A stretch of DNA of 33,914 bases, taken from positions 1 through 33,914 of the forward strand of contig JBAUVS010000592.1 of assembly GCA_049583345.1 (NCBI GenBank). The letters are read 5' to 3'. Of the stretch, positions 24,968 through 32,694 are shown piece by piece. A model generated the notes under the pieces. It did no database searches, was not told the DNA's origin, and worked only from the letters and a program-made list of their open reading frames with translations. Made by a program: the position numbers and the translations under genes. Origin of the DNA: Woeseiaceae bacterium (GTDB lineage Bacteria > Pseudomonadota > Gammaproteobacteria > Steroidobacterales > Woeseiaceae). The stretch's first letter is position 1; each line of letters begins with the position of its first letter.

Positions 24968-26365
24968 TCAGGGCGAAAGCAGCTTGCCAATGGTCGAATC
25001 GTCCATCACACCTCTGGCCCGCAAAACGTCGAGTATCGATTCGCCGGACGTTTCCGCTTGTTTGACAATTTCAGCGGCCGCATCGTATCCGATCAGAGGC
25101 GTCAACGCGGTTGCCAGAGCGGAACTCCTCAGCAATAGTTCGCGACATCGCTCTGCATTGGCCACGATGCCGGTGACACAACGATCCCGCAAGGCGACTG
25201 CCGCTCTCTCGAGCAACTCGATCGACTCCAGGATTTTCCAAACAATGACAGGCTGCATGGCGTTGAGCTGCAGCTGCCCGGCATCGCACGCGAGCATGAT
25301 CGTCAAATCGTTCACCATAACAGTAAAGCAGGCCTGATTGACGGCTTCCGGGATGACCGGATTTACCTTGCCCGGCATGATTGATGATCCGGCCTGCACC
25401 TTGGGCAAGCGGATTTCTCCCAGCCCGGTACGTGGACCGCTGCAAAGCAGCCGCAGGTCGTTTGCTACCTTCGACAACTTCACAGCGACACGCCTCAGCA
25501 TGCTCGAACATAGCAGCATCGCGCCCGGATCGGACGTCGCCTCGACCATCGACGCAGACGGCCGGATACTGATGCAGGAAATTTCGGAGAGATGATTGAT
25601 CACTTTCGCACGATACTGGTTCGACGCATTGATCCCGGTGCCGATCGCTGTGCCGCCCAGATTTACTTCGGCAAGCAGGTTCTCCGCTTCTCGCAGCCGT
25701 TCGGCATCTTCCCCGAGCATTACCGCAAACGCCCGGAATTCGTCGCCGAGAAGCATCGGTACTGCATCCTGTAACTGCGTGCGGCCTACCTTGACGATTT
25801 CGTCAAATTCGACCGCTTTGCACAGGAACGTCTCGGTGAGTTCCACAAGACGCGACCTCAGGTCCCGTAAATTCCGTATGACCGTGATACGCGCCGCCGT
25901 CGGGTAAACGTCGTTCGTGGACTGCGAACGGTTGACGTCGTCGATTGGGTGAAGACGGTCGTAGGCGCCGTATGGGTAACCCAATGACTTCAATGCGAGG
26001 TTCGCGATGACCTCGTTGACGTTCATATTGGTCGAGGTCCCCGCCCCGCCCTGAAGGACGTCGATCGGGAAAGCTCGGCCGTGTCGGCCCGCGGCAATCT
26101 CGTCGCAAGCCAGGCATATCGCTTCGCAAGTGGCCGCCGACAGCAGTCCCGTATCGTAATTTGCCAGCGCAGCCGCTTTCTTGACCAGCGCGAACGACTC
26201 CACGAAATGTCTGAGCGATCCGATTGTCCGCACGGTAAAAGTGAAGTTCTCGAGGGCGCGTATGGTGTGGACGCCATAGCAATCGTCGCCGGCGACCGTA
26301 ACAGGGCCGAGTCCGTCGTCCTCGATGCGCGATTCTGCCTCCATGCCTGACGCCGCCTTGCTCAT
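24968..26365 (-). CDS. aspA: Aspartate ammonia-lyase (class II fumarase/aspartase family)
   Basis: By my recollection it is collinear with E. coli AspA. Shared blocks are RIEDDGLG, YGVHTIRALENF, GGAGTSTNMNVNEV, SQSTNDVYPTA, GRTQLQDAVPM, EVNLGGTAIGTG, the SS-loop signature GSSIMPGKVNPV and AGQLQLNAM. The start is uncertain; candidates are 26413 TTG, 26389, 26365 and 26344. Confidence 0.9.
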   Translation of the reverse strand: MSKAASGMEAESRIEDDGLGPVTVAGDDCYGVHTIRALENFTFTVRTIGSLRHFVESFALVKKAAALANYDTGLLSAATCEAICLACDEIAAGRHGRAFPIDVLQGGAGTSTNMNVNEVIANLALKSLGYPYGAYDRLHPIDDVNRSQSTNDVYPTAARITVIRNLRDLRSRLVELTETFLCKAVEFDEIVKVGRTQLQDAVPMLLGDEFRAFAVMLGEDAERLREAENLLAEVNLGGTAIGTGINASNQYRAKVINHLSEISCISIRPSASMVEATSDPGAMLLCSSMLRRVAVKLSKVANDLRLLCSGPRTGLGEIRLPKVQAGSSIMPGKVNPVIPEAVNQACFTVMVNDLTIMLACDAGQLQLNAMQPVIVWKILESIELLERAAVALRDRCVTGIVANAERCRELLLRSSALATALTPLIGYDAAAEIVKQAETSGESILDVLRARGVMDDSTIGKLLSP

Positions 26366-26493
26366 CGGATCCCGATGCAACCTGCTCATGGCGGCCGTCG
26401 GGAGTTGCTCCAAGCCATTGGGTCACATGATTGTACCAGCATTCCAATTAGTTGAACAGCGCTTCCCGCACGGAACTCCGCTGCTGCAATTGC

Positions 26494-28047
26494 TCAGCGG
26501 CCGGAACGCTCACCAAACAGCGCGGCGATATGCGCTGCCTGTGGCGGCGCGGATACGAGAGATACGAGAGTAGTGACGGCAGCGGACACGATCCCACCGT
26601 ACGTTGCACGGATGAAAGGATTCAGGAACTGCGGGTCCCACGTGCCGAAACTGACAGTATCCTCGCCGATCAGTACGGAAAGAACCGACGCACCGGCAAA
26701 GACCAGGGCTCCGACGAAAAATCCGGCGATCGCCGCAGGGCGCGTTACTCGCGCCCAGACCGCCCCGACCAGCATCGGTCCGGTGAGCGCCGCCGTCATT
26801 CCTCCGATGCCGAGCCAGACCACGATTGCGATGTTGGTCTTGCGCAAGATCCACGCCATGGCGACGCTTAGTATGAGGATAATTGTCGTGGAAACGCGGC
26901 TGATCCTGAGAGCGACGCGGTCGATATGCTCCGCCGACTTGCCTTTCGCCAAAGTACAACGGTAAATGTCGTTGGCGAATATCTGGGACGCGGCGACGGC
27001 CAGCCCGTCGGCGGTCGACATCACGGCGCACAGAATCCCGGTACCAAGAAATGCAGCCAACCAGGTCGGCAACACGGTGACGAACAGCGCCGGAATCGCG
27101 TTGTTCGGACTCTGATCACCCACTGTGAGCACATCTCCGAGTATCGCTCGGGCCGACAGGCCCCCGAGTGCGAGTGCCGGCAGGATCAGCCCCAGCACGA
27201 AAGTAATGGTCAGAAACTTCTTGCGATTTGCAGGCGAATCCAGCGCCCAAATCTTGTTGCCGATATGCGGAAGCATGCCCAATGGCACGTGTGAGAACCA
27301 GATGCAGAACACCGCCCACCAGCCCCCTACGATGAGGCTTTCGGGGTTGAAGATCTTGACCGTGTTCGGGTCCAGAGTTGCCAACTGTTCGAGAACTCCG
27401 TCACCGCGGCGGTCAATACCGAACCCCGTCAGAAACAATCCTATGACGACGAAGGAGATCGCGACCATGATCGTCCCCTGCACTCCGTCCGTCAGAATGT
27501 CCGAGTGCGCGCCGCCGAGAACTATGTAAAGCAAGAGAATGCCGGAAGTGACGACGAGGCCGTAGAACTCCGGCATGCCGAGCAACTGTTGGAACATCAC
27601 GCTGCCCGCGAGCAGCTGCGCGGCCAGGTGAAAGAGTAGCAGTAGCGAGAATATCGACGAGGCGACTCTCAGAAAATCGGATTGGTAACGGTGTCCGAGA
27701 TACTCCGGGATGGTCCTCGTGCCAAAGTTTTCGCCCGCATGCGCAACGATCCTGGCGCAAATGACGATGCCCGTATAGACGCCGAAGGGATATACGATCG
27801 CGAACCACAATCCGGCGACGCCGTCGCTGTAAACGATGCCGGGTATTCCGAGAAAGGTTGCACCGCTTGCAGTCGTCGCGACAACCGCGAACGCAAGGAA
27901 CCAGGGTCCATAGCTCTTGCGCGCCGTCGCGAAGTCGTCGCTATTGCGGACGCTCCGCATTCCGACGAAGCCTGCAACGACCATGATGCAGACATACATG
28001 GCAAGGAAACACCAGCCCCATACGTGCAGATTTTGGCTAGCACCCAT
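26494..28047 (-). CDS. Sodium:solute symporter family (SSF) transporter
   Basis: 517 aa with about 13 hydrophobic helices. The N-terminal block DDFATARKSYGPWFLAFAVVATTASGATFLGIPG is typical of SSF/PutP-like carriers. Confidence 0.85.
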   Translation of the reverse strand: MGASQNLHVWGWCFLAMYVCIMVVAGFVGMRSVRNSDDFATARKSYGPWFLAFAVVATTASGATFLGIPGIVYSDGVAGLWFAIVYPFGVYTGIVICARIVAHAGENFGTRTIPEYLGHRYQSDFLRVASSIFSLLLLFHLAAQLLAGSVMFQQLLGMPEFYGLVVTSGILLLYIVLGGAHSDILTDGVQGTIMVAISFVVIGLFLTGFGIDRRGDGVLEQLATLDPNTVKIFNPESLIVGGWWAVFCIWFSHVPLGMLPHIGNKIWALDSPANRKKFLTITFVLGLILPALALGGLSARAILGDVLTVGDQSPNNAIPALFVTVLPTWLAAFLGTGILCAVMSTADGLAVAASQIFANDIYRCTLAKGKSAEHIDRVALRISRVSTTIILILSVAMAWILRKTNIAIVVWLGIGGMTAALTGPMLVGAVWARVTRPAAIAGFFVGALVFAGASVLSVLIGEDTVSFGTWDPQFLNPFIRATYGGIVSAAVTTLVSLVSAPPQAAHIAALFGERSGR

Positions 28048-28189
28048 CGTTCCGCCGGACAGCTTTCAGGTACCAATGCTGCACCAATGCTCCCCGCATG
28101 TGCCGGCATGCCCTGACGATCCGAGCCCCCCTTTTGGCACGAATCATACTCGATCACCGCTTTCGATGTACTCAAGTCGAGGTTGGCCG

Positions 28190-28978
28190 TCAAGAGATCG
28201 GAAGCAACCGGTCAGGAGAAGCGGCATTGACCATTGCCCTCGCCAGGACCTCCGTGGGGTTCACCAGCAGGTTGCCGAAGTGGCCTTCCGAGCCGGCAAA
28301 GGCGAGCGGGATCTCGGTACAACCGAGGATCACGCTGTCCGCGTTGCAGCGATCGACGAGATACCGCACCGTATCGAACATTGCACGTTTTGCCTTTTCC
28401 GTCACGGGGTAACTGGCCGCCTTGACACCGTACGAGCGATCGACAATCGCGTCGTGCAACCGTCGCTGCAGCTCATTGTCGGGCAAAACGATCTCGATGT
28501 CCGTGCCATCGAAATGCGACTGATACACGGCTGAGCTTATTGTGCCAGTGGTTGCGAGCAATCCCACGCGGCGTTGTTTGGCGGCAAGATCAACTACGAA
28601 GTCACGTACCGATGCGATCATGTCGATGAGCATCACGTCGAGGCCATTGTCGGTTATCAGCTTCAGCAACACGGAATAGATAGGCAGTGCGTGCGCCGTA
28701 TTGCAGGGCATGCCGATCACCGTCGCTCCCGCGGCGGCAAGCTCCCTCACGATTCCGAAGATCGGGTATGCCGGATTCTCACCGCCGTGCAACAGATATT
28801 CGGTGCGATCCTGAATTCCACAGCTTCGCGAGACGAGGATCACCGACAGATGGTCCTGGTCCCGTTGCGCTCGTGTATTCCTGTAGACGCGTTGCAGGAG
28901 ATCGACGCCCGCAGCAGGCCCCATGCCTCCGACGATGCCCAGCACCGCGCCGGGGTCAGCCTTTTCCATCGTCGGCAT
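28190..28978 (-). CDS. Aspartate/glutamate racemase family protein, aspartate racemase type (PLP-independent)
   Basis: 262 aa. Blocks are LGIVGGMGPAAG, the first catalytic Cys in MPCNTAH, and the second catalytic Cys in ILGCTEIPL. Confidence 0.85.
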   Translation of the reverse strand: MPTMEKADPGAVLGIVGGMGPAAGVDLLQRVYRNTRAQRDQDHLSVILVSRSCGIQDRTEYLLHGGENPAYPIFGIVRELAAAGATVIGMPCNTAHALPIYSVLLKLITDNGLDVMLIDMIASVRDFVVDLAAKQRRVGLLATTGTISSAVYQSHFDGTDIEIVLPDNELQRRLHDAIVDRSYGVKAASYPVTEKAKRAMFDTVRYLVDRCNADSVILGCTEIPLAFAGSEGHFGNLLVNPTEVLARAMVNAASPDRLLPIS

Positions 28979-29069
28979 GCCTGTCCAGACTCAGCCGAAC
29001 TGCGGCCGGGCTGGCGCCGAATTCCGCACCCGTTGCGCAGATACTATAGCTACGAATTGAAGCCCCCTT

Positions 29070-30329
29070 TTACTTCGAAGCGGACTGCTGCTTGTCGGCC
29101 CGATTCCGGTAAGCAAGAATGGTCACCGCCAGTTCGTCCGTAAATGCCTTTAATTTCGGGCCGTTCGGGCCCCCTCCGGAAGTGTTGGTCTGCGCCGCGA
29201 TCACGATTTCGAGATCGGCGAGGATCGTCAGCTGACTATGCCCACCAACGCTGCCGCCACTGTGTGAAATCACCCGGATTCCTTTTTCGTCCGGGGACAG
29301 GTCGTCTCGAACGCGGCTGTACCAGCCCAACGCGTAACCGTCAGGGTCCTTACCGCCAGGTGCGCGTGCAACAGGTGTAAACAGTAGCTGGCGGCTCGCG
29401 TCCGAAAGATACGCCTCGTCCAATACCGTCAGTCCGGCCCGAACCAGATCGCTGGGCGTCGAGAGGAATCCGCCACTGGCCCATTTGACACTGAGATTCA
29501 CCGGATACGCTGGTCCATATTTGCCCTGACCGGATACGTAGAAGCTGACCCGATCGGGCATGGATGCGTCCTTGCGATCCGGTTGTGTGGCCTTCATTCC
29601 GGCCGGCGAGAATACTTCGTTACGCATCAGCGTCAGGTAATCCATTCCCGATGCCGCTTCCAGGACTGCGCTAAGGAGGTTGTAACCGTATGAGCTGTAT
29701 CGAAAGTCCGTACCCGGATCAAAGAGCAAATCATCGTACTCGAATACCTCGAGTGCGTCCGATACGGTGTCGAACTGCCGGTCGAGGTAGAAGTCGTTCG
29801 GCGGCCATCGCAGGATACTGTTGCGATAGTGGCGGATACCTGCCCGGTGGCTCGCCAACAGACGAGATGTAATTGGCGTATTCGATCGTGGATAGTCGGG
29901 CAGGTAGTCATGCACCGGACGGTCCAGGTCCAGCGTCCCCGTTTCCACAAGACGCGCCATTGCCATGGAAGTCAGGGATTTCGAAATGCTGCCCACCCTG
30001 TACTGACTATGGACCGTTGCCGGCACTCTGCGCTCGATGTCCGCATACCCGTGAGTTCCCGCCCAGACGAGCTTTCCGTCGATCGCCACCGCCACCGAAA
30101 CCGACGGCGCACTCCATTCTTGTAGCTTGGCTTTCGAGAGTCCATCCAGATTGGCGAGCAAGCCCTCGTACCCTGATTCATACGAGACCTGTTCGCCGGC
30201 GTCGGCCCAGGCCTCAGGCAGCCGCTCATGAGGCACCTGCCACGTCCAGTAAAAATGCCCCAGCGCGGCAAGATACAGGAGTATCGTGGTTCCAATGGCC
30301 GTGCCGAGGACCTTCCCGATTCTGATCAT
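29070..30329 (-). CDS. Beta-lactamase-fold serine hydrolase (penicillin-binding / D-aminopeptidase / esterase class), N-terminally membrane-anchored
   Basis: The start MIRIGKVLG (ATG 30329) has GGAGG 6 nt upstream, so I prefer it to the GTG at 30344. The hydrophobic anchor is GTAIGTTILLYLAALG and the SxxK motif is YRVGSISKSLTS. YSSYGYNLL (YxN-like) and HSGGSVGG (KTG-equivalent region) follow. Confidence 0.8.
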   Translation of the reverse strand: MIRIGKVLGTAIGTTILLYLAALGHFYWTWQVPHERLPEAWADAGEQVSYESGYEGLLANLDGLSKAKLQEWSAPSVSVAVAIDGKLVWAGTHGYADIERRVPATVHSQYRVGSISKSLTSMAMARLVETGTLDLDRPVHDYLPDYPRSNTPITSRLLASHRAGIRHYRNSILRWPPNDFYLDRQFDTVSDALEVFEYDDLLFDPGTDFRYSSYGYNLLSAVLEAASGMDYLTLMRNEVFSPAGMKATQPDRKDASMPDRVSFYVSGQGKYGPAYPVNLSVKWASGGFLSTPSDLVRAGLTVLDEAYLSDASRQLLFTPVARAPGGKDPDGYALGWYSRVRDDLSPDEKGIRVISHSGGSVGGHSQLTILADLEIVIAAQTNTSGGGPNGPKLKAFTDELAVTILAYRNRADKQQSASK

Positions 30330-30518
30330 GGTTGCCTCCGCCACGCCTCTCCGGTGAGGTGCCCAGGGCCGGGTCGGCGGTGACCGGTGCGCGGCGATTG
30401 TGTGGAATTGGAGTCTGATCGAACAACCCGGTCGCTAACGACCGTGTAACCTGAGCGGTGACACCCGATGACAGGGAGGTAGCAAAGCGACCCTAAAATA
30501 GCAGTCATCGCGTTTCGC

Positions 30519-31751
30519 TTAGTGACCAGCAAGGTCTGCAGCTATCCGTTCGTTTTCCCGGAGTACTCGCAGGAGATTTCCACCCCAGATCTTTGCTATG
30601 TCCGTTTTCGAATATCCGCGTGCCACCAGTTCTCGCGTCACGTTAGGGGTCTGCGAGGCGTCTTCCCAGCCGATAATGCCGCCGCCGCCCTCGAAGTCCG
30701 ATGCGATTCCCACGTGATCCACGCCGATTAATTTGGCGACATAGTCGATGTGATCGACGAGATCGGAAACTGTGGCCTTTGGATATTTCGTATAGATTTC
30801 GGCGTTCAGGCGACGATTGTATGCGTCGTAGATCTCATCCGGGACGGTGAGCAGCATTTCATCCGACTCGATGCCAAACTCCTCCCTGAGTTCTTTCACG
30901 TCCACCGACTTTTGAACATCCTGGTGGTGCAGGAATGCGCCGAGCGCGACGACCTGAACAACACCACCATTGGCCTTTAAGACTTGTAACTGTTCATCGT
31001 CGAGGTTTCTCGGGTGGTCGACGAGGCGCCTCGCCGCAGAGTGTGAGGCGATAACCGGTGCTTTTGAAAGCCGAGTCGCCTTAATCATCGTTTCCCGGGA
31101 TGCGTGCGACACATCCACCATCATGCCCAATCGGTTCATCTCGACAATGACTTGCTCTCCAAAAGGGCTCAGGCCATGGTGTTCAGCCTCGCTGTCGCCA
31201 AACTCGGCACTTGGTTGTGCACTGTCTCCAATGTCGTTGTGCCCATTGTGTACAAGCGTCATATATCGGGCGCCACGATTGAAGTACACCTGCAATAGGC
31301 CGATATCCTTACCGATGGCGAAACCATTCTCGATGCCGATGAGCGCGACTTTTCGGCCCGATTCTGCGATTTCGATCACTTCGTCGGCGGAACGCGCCAG
31401 CGAGATTTTGTCCCGGGAGCCCTCCAGCATGCGATCGATGGCCCGAAACTTCTTGTCTGCGGCTTTTATCGCCGCCTGATACTGCCAGTCGGTTCGGCAG
31501 GTCTGCTCAACGAAGACGATGAAGAACGCGGCATCGAGGCCGCCCTGATACATTTTGGGAATATCGACGTGAAGACGGCTGGCGTGCCCCGGGTCCACGA
31601 GGGGAGTGGCGTAGTTCCAGGGAATGTCGACGTGTGTATCCAGAGTCAGGATATGTGCGTGCGGGTCGGCAACGCCCGCCTGCTGTGCCTGGGCTATTGA
31701 CATTGCGATCAGCATCGCAGGAAGCACGGCTAAGCATCGTCTTTGCGGCAT
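30519..31751 (-). CDS. M19 family membrane/renal-type dipeptidase, exported
   Basis: The start MPQRRCLAVLPAMLIAMSIAQAQQ (ATG 31751) gives a signal peptide. Blocks are LDTHVDIP, GGLDAAFF, IGIENG, RYMTLVHNGHNDIGDS, MMVDVSHAS, PVIASHSAAR and GIASDFEGGGG. Confidence 0.85.
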   Translation of the reverse strand: MPQRRCLAVLPAMLIAMSIAQAQQAGVADPHAHILTLDTHVDIPWNYATPLVDPGHASRLHVDIPKMYQGGLDAAFFIVFVEQTCRTDWQYQAAIKAADKKFRAIDRMLEGSRDKISLARSADEVIEIAESGRKVALIGIENGFAIGKDIGLLQVYFNRGARYMTLVHNGHNDIGDSAQPSAEFGDSEAEHHGLSPFGEQVIVEMNRLGMMVDVSHASRETMIKATRLSKAPVIASHSAARRLVDHPRNLDDEQLQVLKANGGVVQVVALGAFLHHQDVQKSVDVKELREEFGIESDEMLLTVPDEIYDAYNRRLNAEIYTKYPKATVSDLVDHIDYVAKLIGVDHVGIASDFEGGGGIIGWEDASQTPNVTRELVARGYSKTDIAKIWGGNLLRVLRENERIAADLAGH

Positions 31752-31921
31752 TGTCGTTCCCTTGCACCTGCCATTACGGTTTGGATTCCGGCGCCCCGTT
31801 ACCTGCGGAATGCGGGCCGACCGTCCGGTCGGACCGAACAAGCGCACGTATCAGCCACAATCGCCATCAGCTATAGCCTGAGGACAAAAGTCGCGTTTGT
31901 GCTAAGAAATTATAGCAGGTT

Positions 31922-31963
31922 GCATTTAGTTCAAGATATTGTAATCATGATCTTGGGTCAAGC
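31922..31963 (-). promoter_or_regulatory. Conserved promoter/operator module, copy D (heads the long minus-strand gene array)
   Basis: The minus strand reads GCTTGACCCaagatcatgATTACAATATCTTGAACTAAATGC. TTGACC (31961-31956) is followed by 17 nt and TATCTT (31938-31933), the same geometry as copies A and B. A perfect TATAAT also lies just downstream (31914-31909). Confidence 0.55.
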
Positions 31964-32279
31964 CCAAAGTTGACGGAAAATTTTTCATCACTCCGAACTT
32001 TCCCGGCGGCACGGACATCATCATCAACGTTGCGGTTGCGGCGAGGAACACCGGCCAAATTTCTGGCGGGCAAACTCGTGAAATCCACCACGCTGCGGCA
32101 GTGCAGTCCGGGGGTGTACTCCTGATATTACGGGTGCGCTGTGCCGTTGAACTTCGCCTTCGAACCAGCGTCGAACCCTCAAATCCGGGCGTATTGAACC
32201 CGCGATCCGCCGCAACGGCATACCAGAGCTCATGACCAATTTAGTTGACTCGCATCCGGTGCGGCGTAGGATGCAGATT

Positions 32280-32591
32280 ATGTCGAAGTCCCGGCAATCC
32301 AGATTTGGCCGGCAATCGTACATTGCCGCCGCGGCGAGCCTGTTGCTCGTCCTGGCGCAATTCTCGCTGATCGTCCACAACTTCGGCGGTCAGGCACACC
32401 CGCTCGGGGAAGTCTGCCAGATCTGCGTGCAATTGCACGGCAGCGGTCATGCGCTCCCGCCTACCATCCCGATGCTGCCGGTTGTCACCGTGGCATTCCT
32501 GCTGGTGGTCTCCGCAGCAGGTTCCGTATTGCCCGAACGCCGCTTCTCTGCCGCGCGGCCTCGCGGCCCACCCTCACTGCTCGCACTCTGA
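32280..32591 (+). CDS. DUF2946-like small membrane protein
   Basis: I prefer the start MSKSRQSRFGRQ (ATG 32280, AGGA 8 nt upstream). It has an N-terminal TM segment AAAASLLLVLAQFSLIV, a conserved-looking H...CQIC...H cluster, a second TM segment, and a C-terminal ARPRGPP tail as in DUF2946 proteins I recall. Confidence 0.55.
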   Translation: MSKSRQSRFGRQSYIAAAASLLLVLAQFSLIVHNFGGQAHPLGEVCQICVQLHGSGHALPPTIPMLPVVTVAFLLVVSAAGSVLPERRFSAARPRGPPSLLAL

Positions 32592-32694
32592 AACACGATT
32601 AACCGTCGGAGTCCGCGCTTCGCTGCCGGATTCCGGTCGATGCGCCGTAGCGCTGTGCGCGATCCCGGCGCCTACAACATGAGTGGTGAACACA

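Noticed and set aside
32024-32380. 118-aa reverse ORF, and a faint cobalamin-riboswitch-like stretch (GTGAAATCC...GGCAGTG...AGTCCGGGGG) around 32070-32130
   Set aside because: The ORF has no RBS and overlaps the DUF2946-like gene start. The riboswitch resemblance is limited to short strings. I could not find the B12 box or the paired stems, so I make no claim without a covariance-model scan.
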